NCBI GenBank assembly: GCA_028534125.1
Contig: CM052817.1
Coordinates: forward strand, 21,516,001-21,580,000
Direction: 5' to 3'
Origin: Lama glama
Taxonomy: Eukaryota
Length of the DNA: 64,000 nt
The position numbers were made by a program, and so were the translations under genes. The notes under the pieces were generated by a model that worked only from the letters and a program-made list of their open reading frames with translations, was not told the DNA's origin and made no database searches. Of the stretch, positions 12,238 through 25,300 are shown in pieces. Numbering within the stretch: the first letter of the stretch is position 1; each line of letters starts with the position of its first letter.

Positions 12238-13294
12238 TGGTTTTAATGAACAGCTTGTGCTAGTGATGATGTTTATCTTGATGTTCTGTGATAAAACAGT
12301 TTTTCTTAATTGTTTTGATGACAGAGTAGATCACCTCGCCCTGAGTCACTATTTTAAGACTCAGAAAAGGAACTTAAAATGAATTAACAAATACCTACTT
12401 TCCAAGGGGTATTTCTATCTAAAAAGAAGAATCTAACATGAGATAGACACTTTAAGTTGGATAAATGCCACTGATATTAAATCACAATTCAAGACACCCA
12501 TTCTTCTTTCCAGGAACCTGCCCACCAACCCTGATTGTGAGATGTAAATGTGCCTTGAATTTTCACTAGGGAGTAAAATGATTCTTAGAAGACAACAAAT
12601 GTTCTCTTCACTATGACAATGACCATCTGCAAGTTATTTCAAGGTTCTGAATTTTCATCTCAGCAGAAAATTAATTATAAGACTATCTCAGCTTTTAATG
12701 GATTTTAAATGATCTAAAAATCCTCTCTGTATTTTTAATGTATAATTCTTTTATATTAATAGCAGAACAGATATGAGGAATAAACTTTATGAAGCATACA
12801 GAACATCAATAACTCACCATGTATTTGAAGTCTTACACTTACTTTTTTTAAATGTATGCTCTGAATAAGATCAATTTTCTCATAAGAAGCATTTGCAATG
12901 TAGCTGAAAATACTAAATAGAAATTTGCATTATTTCTTTAGGATGAATGCTGACTAATTTTCTCTCTCTTGTTGTTTAGTATAACTTTTTGTTCAAAATT
13001 TATTTGAAAGTCATTTTCACAACTGTAACACAAATATTTTCAAGCATAAGAAAATGGTTTTTTTTTTGTTTGTTTGCTAACCTAAATGGCAAAATTGTTC
13101 TTATCGGTGGTAGCATGATATACAAAAGTTCAAATTAGTCATGGAGCTCAAGAAAGCATTGTGAAGTGTTTACAGCTGATAATGACTTGGTAAAAATGTG
13201 TTTTTGTTAGATGTTGCAAAACTGCAACATTATACCAACCATTATAGATTTTACCAGAAGTGGATCAAAATATTGAAGAAACAACCAAAGTATG

Positions 13295-13465
13295 CAGTTT
13301 GACTATAGGCTATCTATACCTCAGTTTTAACATTTATTAAAATGGGGATAATATAATAGTACTCATCTCAAAGAGTTGCTGTAAGGAATAAAGGAGTTAC
13401 TATTGGTAGGGTGTTTAAACAGTGCCTAGCACATGTAAAGTGCTATATGTATCAACTATTATTAT
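13295..13465 (+). mobile_element. MIR SINE
   Basis: cctcagtttt...aaaatggggataatataatagtactcatctca...gttgctgtaaggaataaa...aacagtgcctagcacat. Confidence 0.8.
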
Positions 13466-13659
13466 ATTTTTATCATTTTTAGCATTATAATTCTGGCAGG
13501 AAATTACAGCTGTGTTGTTTGCTGCAAAGATGCATTCAGATACCTTGACCATAAAAAACAATGCAATTCGCCAAAATAGTAAATGCTGACCCATGTAAAA
13601 TTTGTCATATAGTTAATTTAGACTAAGGAATACATATCCTTTCAGTAAATAACTAAATG

Positions 13660-13696
13660 TAGATAGGTAGATAGAAATAGAGATAGATAGATAGAT

Positions 13697-13774
<78 letters not shown>

Positions 13775-13782
13775 GAAGAAAG
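13660..13782. repeat. Compound (AGAT)n(AGAA)n microsatellite
   Basis: Directly visible; long near-perfect AGAA run at 13697-13773. Confidence 0.97.
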
Positions 13783-13819
13783 CCTAAAATACTCCTGACA
13801 GTTGTTTGACAGAGTAGTA

Positions 13820-14172
13820 TACAAAATAACCAAAAATTCTTCCTCTTTTTGAGTTTACATTTCAGTGACGGGGAAGGTGTGCAGATATAGAAGACAAATG
13901 AATACCTATGTGGTATGCCAGATGGTCATAAATGTTAAATGATACAGGAAGAAAATTAAAAGAAATAAAGGGCCACTAGTAGAAGGGTGAGAGGGGATGC
14001 TCTAATTTTAAATAGAGTGCTCAGAAAAGGACTCCTTGAAGAAGAAACATTTGACCAAAGACTAAAGGAGGTGAGGAATAAACCACAAGGATAAGGGAGA
14101 GTGCTCTTCAGACATAGAAAACTGTTAATGCAAAGGCCCTGAGGTAGAATGGTACCTGGTGTGTTCCAGGAA
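13820..14172 (-). mobile_element. L2 (L2a-like) 3' fragment
   Basis: ttttaaatagagtgctcagaaaagg...acatttgaccaaagactaaaggaggtgagg...tgcaaaggccctgaggtagaatggtacctggtgtgttccagga. Confidence 0.75.
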
Positions 14173-15228
14173 ATCTTAATAAAATATTTTACCTTAAAAT
14201 CTAATGTAAAATGATCACAATATTTCTTATACCAAGAGGCCATTTTAGATGTTTTTTATCTTAAATACCTGATTTTTATTAAATTAAAATTATAACACTT
14301 ATAGTAAAAGTGTAGTAAGTTCAACAAATCTGAAATGTACATAGCATTTTGAATTTTACAATGCATTACACTATTTAGTGGTTTCAGAAATCTTGTGAAA
14401 TGATGTTCTCTTTATAGAAGATAAGATAATGAGGTTCAGATAGTTTAGGCAATTCAGTCAAAGTTACCTAGGATATTAGTGAAAAAAACATAACTTTAGC
14501 CCACGTAAGCAACAAAATTCCATTATTTTTTCTTGTCGTGTAACACTTTCAAATTGCAAGAAGTTCTCAAAAATAAGATATATGACATTTATCACCTTTA
14601 AACATTTTTTTATTGATCTTATGAAGTATTTTCATATTTAAATCAACTCCAAAATTTGTAATTTTGTGTCATTTCTTAGCTCAACTTCATATCAAGGAAA
14701 ACAAAATATTTTGGAAAAATATTCCTACAGAGTTTAGTGCTTATTTTTTAACTATTGTATTATCTATCTTATTTCCTCCAATATAAGTAGTAGTAAATGG
14801 TTTCTCCAGTAGTAAAATGGTTGATACTTAATGGAAGAAGGAACAATACCTTAAAACAGGGACTCATCAGATAACTACATGCGCGTGCACGTGCACACAC
14901 ACACACCTGAAGTGCCTGTTCTGACTACGCTAGGTTTATGTCATCACTGAATTTTCATTTATTAAAGATGAGGACAATGCACCCATTCAAAGGCAGAGCT
15001 GTGAAATTTAATCTCACAAAGACTCTTATAGCCAAGTAGATTTTATTTTTGTCATAGGTTAAGTTTGATTTACTGTGGAAATTTAGTGCTAAAACCTACC
15101 ATTTTAAAAAAAATCTGAGTTTTATAATAATAAGCAATTAACCGCACAACTATATATTATGATACAGTGTATTAAGTATCTGCGATGCTATCTCTACAAG
15201 AATATCTTAAATTTATTAGAAATCCTAG

Positions 15229-15274
15229 AATTTTATACTTCTAATCAGAGAAATTTTATACTTCTAATCAGAGA
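15229..15274. repeat. Perfect 23-bp tandem duplication
   Basis: aattttatacttctaatcagaga at 15229-15251 and again at 15252-15274. Confidence 0.95.
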
Positions 15275-15867
15275 ACAAAATTTTATTTTGATATATATTT
15301 TAAAACATGTTATCAAAAAAATCTACCACTGATTTGTCAGAAGTATATTTCTGGATTATGTACATTTTATAATTGCTTTAGTAACTACATTGTTATGTAC
15401 AAAATAAAGTCACAATATAAATACATTTTGGGTATTAAATATTGCAGAGAGTACAAGAAATAATCACTAATACCTGTTTTACATTTCTTATAAAAAGGAA
15501 AATTATGCTAAATTACAACCTGTATGAAATATTTGAGTCTAGTTTTGGAGAAGCTTTTAAAAGTATTCATGAATTCTTCTAAAAGAAACATGTCTTTGTA
15601 TCAACTAAATGCTATCGTATTTCTACATATATGTACTCTGAATTTAAAGAATGAGTATGTACTTCCACTAACTAAAAATTTAGTTCAAAATATCTTGTCA
15701 TGAATGAACTGTACTATTAAGTAACACTTAAAAAGTTAGCCTTTCTACCTTAAATTGAATTTCTTCTCTCCAGCGGATGCTCTGATTTACAAAACAATGA
15801 AATTTTCATCATTCAATGTATAGGCTCACCACTGTAATAGATGTCTGTTACTTTTTTCCTAACCACA

Positions 15868-16330
15868 ATGCTGGATGTATGTTAAGTTTTCCCTGCTCAG
15901 CATACGTGCACTATTTTTCCTATTGGAAACGTTCCCACTTTCTTTTCCAGAGCCACCATACCCCTGTCTCATCCTCATGGTTCAAGGGTAGGTAAGTGGC
16001 CCAGTAAGACTCAATTTCAAATATTTTCTGCAGTTTTGGAAAAGAGAAATCTCATTTTCATTTGAGATAATGAAGCTAACAGATCAGAGATTTGGAGCTA
16101 TAAGGATCATCTGGCCAAATGTGAATAGAGAAGGCTCTCTGCCTTCTTGAGGGTGAAACCAATATGGGGAAAAGCAAGATTAAAGTTTGAGAAAATGCAG
16201 GTTCCTGAAGACAGATTTAAACTCCTGGGGCCAGTCATTCCTGAAGCTGATTCTCTGAGTTTTGCTTTTCAACGAAGCCGTACATTTCCAGTTTGAGTTT
16301 AATTTTTGTTGCCACAAAGAGTCTTGCATA
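15868..16330 (+). mobile_element. Old ERVL-MaLR solo LTR (MLT1K/L-like)
   Basis: tttggagctataaggatcatc...gagggtgaaaccaatatggggaaaagcaaga...ctcctggggccagtcattcctgaagc...ccagtttgagttt...gccacaaagagtctt. Confidence 0.6.
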
Positions 16331-17071
16331 GTTTAAAAATATTGCTTACTAAAACATCTTTTAAATTGAAAAATTTTATAAGAAGAAAAAAATCAAACTT
16401 CCTTCAATATGAATTCTTTAAGAAGAAACTATCAATCCAGCCTTTATGTATTATAAACTTTCTAATTCTATGCAACGATAGATACTTGTGAACTTGGTTT
16501 TTCAATCTGTAGATCAAAATGTGGTTATAATTTCAACCACAATACTTTTGAAAATCTAATTGGTTTCAATTAAGGTACATAAACCATATCCACTGCTTAG
16601 ATGAAACTGAGAAAAACTGACAAGTTTCTTCAATCATAACACATAAAAACCAGCCAAAAAATACATCAATCCCAAATGTGTCTGGCCATATTTCTTGATT
16701 TAGATTTTACAGCAGCTTTTCATAGGAATGTTAACCCAATGAAGGGGAATGTCCCGGCCACGCAGTCGGGGAACTCAAGGCATATCTTATAACCACGTGA
16801 ATTTGAATAAATTTCTTCACACTCGAAAGCCTCGGGTTTTTTTCTGTATTATGATAATATTTAATATCAAGAGTGGTGGCTGTGATTGATGAGACTGTAC
16901 ATGGGAGAATACTCTGTGAACTGTTCAATGCTGTACAAATATTACATGTATGTGTATGTATGTATATGTGTATATATATTCTGTGCATGCATATATGTGC
17001 ATTACATATATATGTAATTGTATTTCAAAAATCCCAGAAATCTGTCCAGATTTTGCAAGGTGTTTATACAC

Positions 17072-17205
17072 CCTGGTGTTAAGAGCACTATCTCTGCAGC
17101 CAGGCATCTCGGTTGAGATCAGATCTCTCCCAGTTACTAGTCATATGGCCTTGGGCAAGTGTATTTATATTCCTGGTGCCTCAGTTCCCTTATATGTAAA
17201 TAATT
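17072..17205 (+). mobile_element. MIR SINE
   Basis: ggtgttaagagcac...ttactagtcatatggccttgggcaagtgtatttat...gtgcctcagttcccttatatgtaaa. Confidence 0.8.
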
Positions 17206-19599
17206 TTCATTAATTTGAGACAATTTTATTAGTTTGAGACAATTAGAGCTTCCTTTCAGTGTTCTAGAAACCAGCGGAGATATTTGAGATGATATAAGAC
17301 AATTAATTTTTTTTTTATCTTAGAGACAAACTTCTGTGATGTCAGCAAAGGAAGAATGTGAAGGGTTACATTTACACTAAGCTATCTGGGATCTATCTAT
17401 CTATCAATCATTTATCTTCCATCTTTTTTTTTCTATCTAAGTATCTATCGATACACATCCATACACAAAACCAACAACCAACCTTCAAGTGAGTTTGGGT
17501 TTAAAATCATCAAGCTCATTATTGGAATTTTCTTGAAAAGATCTTGTGCAGTAATGTAGGCATGAAAATTAATGATTGAGAACATAAGGCAGAAAAACCA
17601 GTGAAGACAATCATAATTCTCTCAATGAGAGATGAAGGTTCAAGAGTTAGGAGTTATTAACAATTTGGTATCTTTACAATATCAAGCCTCAAATCATGGG
17701 GGCCAGATACCATGCCAATAAATACAAGATCTGAAAGAATAATCCTAAATTCAATGGGATTGGAAATTGCTGATTATACCATCAGTCCCTCAAAAATATT
17801 AAATCATAGATCTTATTAGGCTATATAGGATATTCAAGTGTCTGCAAACAGCAAAGAAGGGTTTTTTTAAATGTCATAATAAATGCATAACAAAAGAAAA
17901 AAAGTGTTTTCAACTTGATTTTTTTTTAATGTAAAGAAATACAGTGGCAGAATGCTGGAGATGAGACAAAACTTTTTGATTACATCTTTAAATTCTCGAG
18001 TTTTCAATGGCATTCTTTAAAATATGGAGCTGTATTATTACTCTGTGAATTTGATTCCAATATTAAAAGACATTAATGTTTACTTAGGTACAAATCCATG
18101 GATACTTAAAACAGAGTGAAAAAGTAGATATTTATATATTCACATATGGTCTCACATGATTTTTTGAGACTGAGAAAAACAATCTGTTCTAGACATTGGA
18201 ATTTATCAACATAATCATCATCTTTAAAATAATGTCATGAAGACAATTTAAAGAAAGAGTCTAGCTACTCAAAAAAAGAAAAAAAGGTCCAAAATGTATT
18301 ACTGCAGTGTAAAATTAAGGCAGCCACATGTTAGAAGGAACAAGTGAAGACATTGTTGTGCTATGCATCACTCCTCAGAATCTTTCCACTAATCTCACTA
18401 GTCTATATGTCCCCTAAGAAAAGAAGTCAAGTCTCCTTCATCACTTCTGTTCTTCGAATAGTATTCAGGATATAGAAAGTATCTAATAAAAATTTATTTC
18501 TTAAATGCAATTATAGTAAGAAAATGGGAAATAATTTATTGAAATAAGTAAATGCTTACTGTGCATCCACTATCACTCAGAATGGTGAAGAGTTTTATAA
18601 GGCTACAAGTGATATGATTTAGTCTTAATGTGGAAGAAACTTGCATGGAGGCCAAGGGCACAATATATGCATGATACAGTTGAAAGTAGGATTTGAGAAT
18701 TCTCGCAGCATGCAATGCTAAATCCTAGATCAGAGGAAGTAAACAGAACTTACTTCAGTTATTTTAAACATAATATTTTGCTTTATTACAAGTAATTGGG
18801 TAATTGAAAAACCCTTGAAATAGCTAAAGAAGCAGAGTTGAGGCTTGTTCTTAAACAATGACTGCTAAACAGTACTACACATTAGACCAACATGGAAGCT
18901 TCTGTTTCTGCACTAACCAGGAATGGGAGGAACTAGGAAGGATTGCTGAATTCAAAAAATCACCACTGTGGTTGTGAGTCGAGGAGCTGAAAACTACGGA
19001 TGCGATAACAGCTCGTCATCCAAGAAGCTAGTGAATGGACACCTGAACGCTGCGGTAGACAACCTACTATCTCCAGCACTGAGACTGGCAATAGAATGGT
19101 ACTCTCTCTGATACCGAACTCTCACATCTCAACAAGTACATCCACTTAACAGTCTCTTATTTCCAGGCAAAACTCTACACACAATAGAAACTGAATTTCT
19201 AGCCCATGCATCATAACATAGGTAAGTAGACCACAGGAAAATTAAGTGGACGCTGCAGACCAATCCATCAAATGCACAACAGCCCTCGACTTGGATTTTT
19301 CATCTGCAGCAGCCCTCTGCCCGTACTTGTACTTTCCAACAATAATGTAGTTGCAACGACAAACTTCTGTCAAACACACGCATCATGTGTATCCCTTATA
19401 TAAACGAAAAGTCCCAAAAGATTTAGTAGACAAGTTGAAAATAACTCTAAGATATTTGATCTAATAAACTGAAAGGAAAAAAGTGGCGTATCCTGAAATG
19501 TGGAAGGCTATCGGAGGAAATACTAGGAATTCAGTTTTGGATCTGTAGCCTTAACACATGGTCCCACTCTTAAGCATATGGTCAGAGACAGATCTACAA

Positions 19600-19760
19600 A
19601 CCCTCCCTTCTTTCCTCCCTACCCTTCTTTCCCCCTCCCCCACTCTTCCTTTCTCTTGCTTTTTCTCTTTTTATCTCTCTCTTTCTTTTTCTCTTTCCTC
19701 TTTTTCTCTCCCTCCTCCCTTTCCCTTCTTGAGTCCGTCCCTCTGTTCTTCTCTTCCGTT
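19600..19760. repeat. CT-rich low-complexity (polypyrimidine) tract
   Basis: About 160 bp composed almost entirely of C and T on the + strand. Confidence 0.9.
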
Positions 19761-20540
19761 GGTCCCTTAATTATTCACGAGCAGATTATAATCACAGTTT
19801 TAGCATTTATTTTCAATCAACACATTAACATATCAAAACACTGTGGTGAAAGACTGTGTCTTATCCAAAAGAGTATTTTGTTGACTTGGAATATTTTGTT
19901 GCCTATGTGGAATTTATTAAAACCTTGACAAATACTTAGTAAGTTTATCGTATTTATCTTACAGATGACTTTAATTCATGTGTCACATATACTTTCACGT
20001 TATATTTTGAGGAAGTTTTAAAAATGTTTATGTATTTACATATCTGCATCTTTAGATGAAAAAATATACATTAAGTATTTTGACTAACTTCTTTTTCTCA
20101 ACATAAAAAAAGTTACATAGTCTGTGTTGCTTTATTTTTCTGGTTTTCCTTATTCTCTTGTCTGTATGAAATATTCTTATACCACATAGCTTTCTGGGAA
20201 TCTACTACCTTGCCTCCCAGTCTGCCATCCTTTTGGAAGCATTTCCTAGTCAACCTGCTGCTCTGGATGCAGGGAAGATGAAGTTCTTTTCCTGAACATA
20301 TTTGCACAACCTTGTAGTAACATTTTCATGTAACATTGTCATTATTGTTAATTCACCTGAGATGTCTACCCCACTAGACGCTAATCTCTTTTGGGGAAGG
20401 GAACATATGTTCACTTCTATATTCATTACCTCTTTCAGTTAACATTAACATTATTTTTTAATGAAAGCTTACCAGCTTTACAATAAAAATTGAATAACTC
20501 ATAGCCCATATTCTTAAATTTTTTTTTAATCTAATAGGAT

Positions 20541-20690
20541 GGGGAGAGGGTATAGCTCAAGTGGCAGAGCGCATGCTTAGCATGCATGAGGTCCTGCGCT
20601 CAATCCCCAGTACCTCCTCTAAAAGTAAAGAAAGAAAGAAAGAAACCTAATTACCTGCCCCCACAAAAAAAAAAAAAAACCCTTAAAAAA
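20541..20690 (+). mobile_element. tRNA-Ala-derived SINE (camelid Vic-1 type)
   Basis: Head gggtatagctcaagtggcagagcgcatgcttagcatgcatgaggtcctgcgctcaatccccagtacctcc resembles tRNA-Ala(AGC). It is followed by an A-rich spacer, cctaattacctgccccc and an A tail. Imperfect TSD: aatctaatagga / aacctattagga. Confidence 0.92.
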
Positions 20691-21781
20691 CCTATTAGGA
20701 ATTATTCAGTATGACATAATAAGTACAATGATAAAGGTAGCCCAAGCATGTTGAAGTTACTTAATAATAAATTCTTGAATAAATGAAAGAATTAACAATG
20801 AATCTTCTGACAAGAACAACAGAATCAATGATAGTGAAACCTCTTATGTTTGCACTTGAAGCAATGACCTAAATTTTTCTTTTTTTCACATTAATTCACA
20901 AATATTAAAAATCACCGTTATGGACATTTCCTAGGTATTAAAGATGCTGGGCTTATTAAATGAGCACACAATTCTAAGACCCAGAGGCAGTTGATTTCAG
21001 TGTTCTGTCAGAGAATACCCAAATATTTATCTAAATGTTTTATTAATATAATATTCACGCGAAGTATGTGAAAAGCCAGTGCTTCCATTATTGCTCTTCA
21101 GAGCATGAATTAAGATAAAATTTATTAAAGATAATTACAGCCTTCAGTTTCATATTAAATAATGGCTTAACATGAAATACATCATAACCTTACCATCATC
21201 TTATCATATATATTCTAAAATATTTATGAATATAATAAAGATGTATATATATGCTATTTGCTTACACACAAGATGTCATTTATACAAAATAATGTTGGTA
21301 TTCTCTTATCTGTATGTTACTAATTTCTTTCTCCAGGAAAATATTTCACATCAGCGCAAAAGATAATAGCATATGCCAGCCTCACTCTATTATGCACTGT
21401 GTCTATTTTGTTCTTGTTGGAAATTAAAAATAACAGTAGTCAGCAGAGAGAGTTTATAAGCTTAAATAATTTATTCTGTGACATATAAATATATAGATTT
21501 AATTATAGCAAATATATTGGCAATTTCACAAACACAGAACTGCCACATTTAAATGACTTATAGTATTAGTCATTGTTTAAGCAATTTTTAGAAAACTAAG
21601 TGACAGGGTATATTGGTTAAGTTATAAACATACTTAGCAGCAAAGTACTTAATTAGCCCAAAATGGGAAAACAAATTATCATTTTGAAATAACTACCATT
21701 TTTTCCCACATACTCCAGAGCCATCAGCTATGGGAACTAGTATCATGATTTCTGTTTTTACGTCCCAAGCTGACTTCCTCC

Positions 21782-22355
21782 TATGTTGATTGAGTGCCTA
21801 CAACATGCCAGGGGCTTTCCTTTGTGCTCGTGATATATCATGGAACAGAAGACACAAAACCTGCTACCGTCGTGTGATTTTCAGTTGGGAGCACGAGTTA
21901 ATGAAGAATGAACAAAATAAATATGTCAAGTGAGTGTGTATTTGGAGATGGTAAGGTAAAAAAGGGTAGAGCAGGGAAGCTGCCTTGCAGGTGTGGGAGG
22001 AGTTAGGATGCGGTTTTAAACAGGGTCATAGGGTTTCAGGGTCGCCTTATTGAGAAGGTAGGCCTTCAGCAAAGATTTGAAGAGCTTGGGGGAGTTCTTC
22101 AGGGGAAAAGAATCCCGGGTAGAGGAACAGGGCAACCATTCGTATGTTTGCAGACAAACAAGGCTAGAATGGCTGCAGGCAAGTGAACGGGGGGTGGGGG
22201 CAGGAGAAGGCTCTTAGAACAGAAGCGTCTTGGCATCATCTCACAAAGGACTGTGAGGCCAGCGGGTGCACTTTGGCTTGTATTCTGAGTGAAGCAGGGG
22301 AGACAATGGAGGGTTTCAATCAGAGAGATGACACTATCTGGCCCAATTTCACAGA
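21782..22355 (-). mobile_element. L2a 3' region
   Basis: attgagtgcctacaacatgccagg...ttttaaacagggtcat...ttcagcaaagatttgaagag...ctttggcttgtattctgagtga...atggagggtttcaatcagagagatgacactatctg. Confidence 0.85.
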
Positions 22356-23999
22356 TGTTCATTTTACCAGGGATATTCCTTTATTCCTGATAAAATATTG
22401 GAGAATGTAGCTCATCAGCAGAGACTTACCTAGCATGCCACTGGTCAAACTGGACCACATGGGCCCTTCCACAGCAGGCTTGCCCCTCATACCTGAGCCA
22501 TGAAGGAGCAGGTAGGATTCATATTCTTTGTGGGAAGTTGGATTCCCAGATTATAAAGAATAAAAGGAGAGGATGGGAATAAGGAGGTAGCTTTTCTTTC
22601 CAAATTTTCAAATCAGATTAAAGAAGTGAATGAGGGGTACAGAAGAATCTGAAGTAGTTTGTGGGGAGCTTCTCCAAGTCAAATAGGAAATCAGTATTGG
22701 GAAAGAAATGTTTCTTTCTAAGAGGACCAATCTTGGCTGCATTTCTACCATGCTATAAAGAGTCTACCTCTGTAAGGAAGGCCTGAGATTATCCAGTTGA
22801 GTTAATCACTGTAATTCAGGTGAGTGCTGCAGGTCATGTGACCTTGCACTGAAGCCCTATGTTCAAATCTAGTTTGAATCAATAATAGCGATTTAATCTA
22901 TATCAATGTGATTTCTCATTTCTCAGTTGCTTGGAAATCAGGAGAGGGGCAGTATCTATTAATTACTTAAACTGGAACAAAATGGAAACATGAATGATCA
23001 AAAGCAGTGGGGGGAACCAGAAGGTGTCATGTGGAGGAGACGAGAAAGAAGTGCTTATCCTCCAAAAGGAAAACTATCCAGACAAGGGCATTAGCGTTGG
23101 CCCATTAATTTCGGTTCCATGGATACAGCATTTGCACTGAGTTCCCAAGACAGTGGCATCTGAATTTTCCAATATCAGAGAGGGGATATGGACTAATGGG
23201 CAGTGGCACCAGGCACCCAAATATATTGAAACATGTATTTAGAACTGAGAGAGATGAGAGTCACTTCAAGAGTCCTTACTTTCTTTTGAGAAGTATGATG
23301 ACACTGGGTTGGAGCAAATTATAGAATAGCTGTCGTTAAAATTTTGGATGCCTAATAAAATTTTTGCTGTCACCTCTCAAGAGATCACCAAGGAGTAATT
23401 AAAATGTTTCATTTGAGCAGAGTATAGACATCCCTAATTTGAAGCATATGTTGGAGCGAGTATATTTTAGGTGAGAAAAAAAGCAAGCTGATCTGTACAA
23501 GAGTGTAAAAGTGTTAACCTGATACAGAGAAAAATCTCAGAAATATGTCTTGCAATTTGTATGTAGAAAAGAACAAACAGAATATATGTAGAAAAATAAG
23601 TTTGAACTACATAAAGGAAGCAAAATATTCTCGCTAAACTTTAAATGTATTCTTAATTCTAAAGCCCTACAATGGAGTTTCAGAATTTGTTCACTTTAGT
23701 TTGAGTATTTTGCTACAGGAATAATTCTTTGGAATACTAATACAGAAGGAGCATCTATGTTAAATTGAAGCAAGGAAGGATTGGTATTGTGACGATGCTT
23801 GCAAAGTTATTTCAGTTTGAAGATTCTCAGACTTCGGCGTGCAGATGAGTAATACAGAAGCTTCCTAAGATGCAGATTCTAAGACTTCAGGGCCAGAAAT
23901 TCAGATTCACTGGATCTCAGATAGGGCATAGACATCACTGTAATGAGCTCTCCACATGAATCCAGTAAGTCCAATCAGTGTTGCCCGACACATGCTAGG

Positions 24000-24835
24000 G
24001 AAAGCTGCAGTGGTCTACATTAGCAGTGATGAAGACTTGAACTTGGGGTTGGCTGTGGAATGAGAAAAAGACAACAAACGAAGGAGAAATGTTGAATGTT
24101 CAACTATCAAGTTTGACCAAGTAAATGTAAATACTGGATAAAAGAGGACTCATGAGCAGTCCTGACAACTTAAGCCCTGGCAATGAAGAGAGTGTTCACA
24201 TTCTTAATGCAAATGAGAACTACATTTTAGAGCAGGAAGATAAATTTTGCTTTAAGAGAGCTAGAGTTTAAGATGGCATAAAGAAAATGAAATAGAGATG
24301 CTCACCAAAGTACACAAATGCTTTAGGGCCAGGGAGAGTGATGGAAGTAGTGAGACTTCGATTCAGCAATCAGCTGTGTATATTAAGAAGTAAAATTGTA
24401 AAAGAGGATAAAAGGAATATAAAGCTCAGACAACCCATTAAGTATCTGGGGAGAGTCGGGAGGGCTGAGGTTTGGACCTAGTCATGAAACTCACGTTTTC
24501 CCTGAGAAGTGACCCTTGAAATAAAATTGGAAGTTGGAACAGGGATTAATACTGGGAAGAAGTTAAGAAAGCGTAATCCAAGCGGAGACCACAGCCCCTG
24601 GGAACACCCAGAGACACGGGGGTGGGAAAAGCCACTTTCCAAGGAGCATCTGCAAGGAGATGTGACTGGAGGATCAGGAAAGGCAAGGTTCTGAGGACTT
24701 TTGTCTTTGTAGACCCAGTACAATAAATTTTTCTTTACAGTAAGAGCAATAAGAAGTCATAGGAGGCTTTTTAAGGGAGGAGAGTCCGAGAACCAGGTGC
24801 TGAGGACTTGCTATAAGGTGCTGTCATAATCTGGG
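24000..24835 (-). mobile_element. Degenerate L2 fragment
   Basis: Antisense L2-like motifs: agataaattttgcttt...gagtttaagatggc...aaatagagatgctc...tcagctgtgtatat...gaagtaaaattgtaaaagaggata. Confidence 0.5.
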
Positions 24836-24904
24836 AGCAGGTATGAACTACATTGTTGATCTCAGCCTGCTGCTGCCTCCTCTCATGTGCACTACAGGAC
24901 AGCT

Positions 24905-25300
24905 GAATGTATCACTAAGAGGCCGCTCTGCCAGGTGCCTGTCCTGACTCACACTCATTGTGTTACTTCGGAGAAATTCCTTAATTCAGAGCTTCTCAAT
25001 GTTGGCTTCATATTAGAACCATTTGGGGGCTTTAAAAAATACCAGTGTCCACCCTCACCTCCCAGAGATTCTGAAGTCAAGACCTGGCAGTATTTTTCAA
25101 ACATCTTCAGGTATTTCTCATGTGTCTCCAAGACTGAGACCCATCGACTGTCACTCAATGTCTCTGTTTCCTCATCTCTAAAAGTGGGCTGATAGTAATG
25201 GTATGTGAACCTTGGAGATGCTGTGAGAGGATATGAGTCTGAAAATACGTGGCCTAGACCTGGGCATGTAGGGAGAGTTCAGTGCTCGTCAGCCATTGTC
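24905..25300 (+). mobile_element. MIR SINE interrupted by MER5A
   Basis: The MIR 5' part ends tgtgttacttcggagaaattccttaa (about 24985) and resumes as tctctgtttcctcatctctaaaagtggg (about 25160). Confidence 0.65.
24987..25146. mobile_element. MER5A-like hAT-Charlie non-autonomous DNA transposon
   Basis: cagagcttctcaatgttggcttcatattagaaccatttgggggctttaaaaaatacc...cccagagattctga...caggtatttctcatgtg...gactgagacccatcg. Confidence 0.8.

Noticed and set aside
20547..20618. tRNA-Ala(AGC) gene
   Set aside because: The T-arm/B box is mutated, and it is followed by the SINE-specific tail, poly-A and a TSD, with a second copy at 44.2 kb. It is a SINE head, not a tRNA gene.
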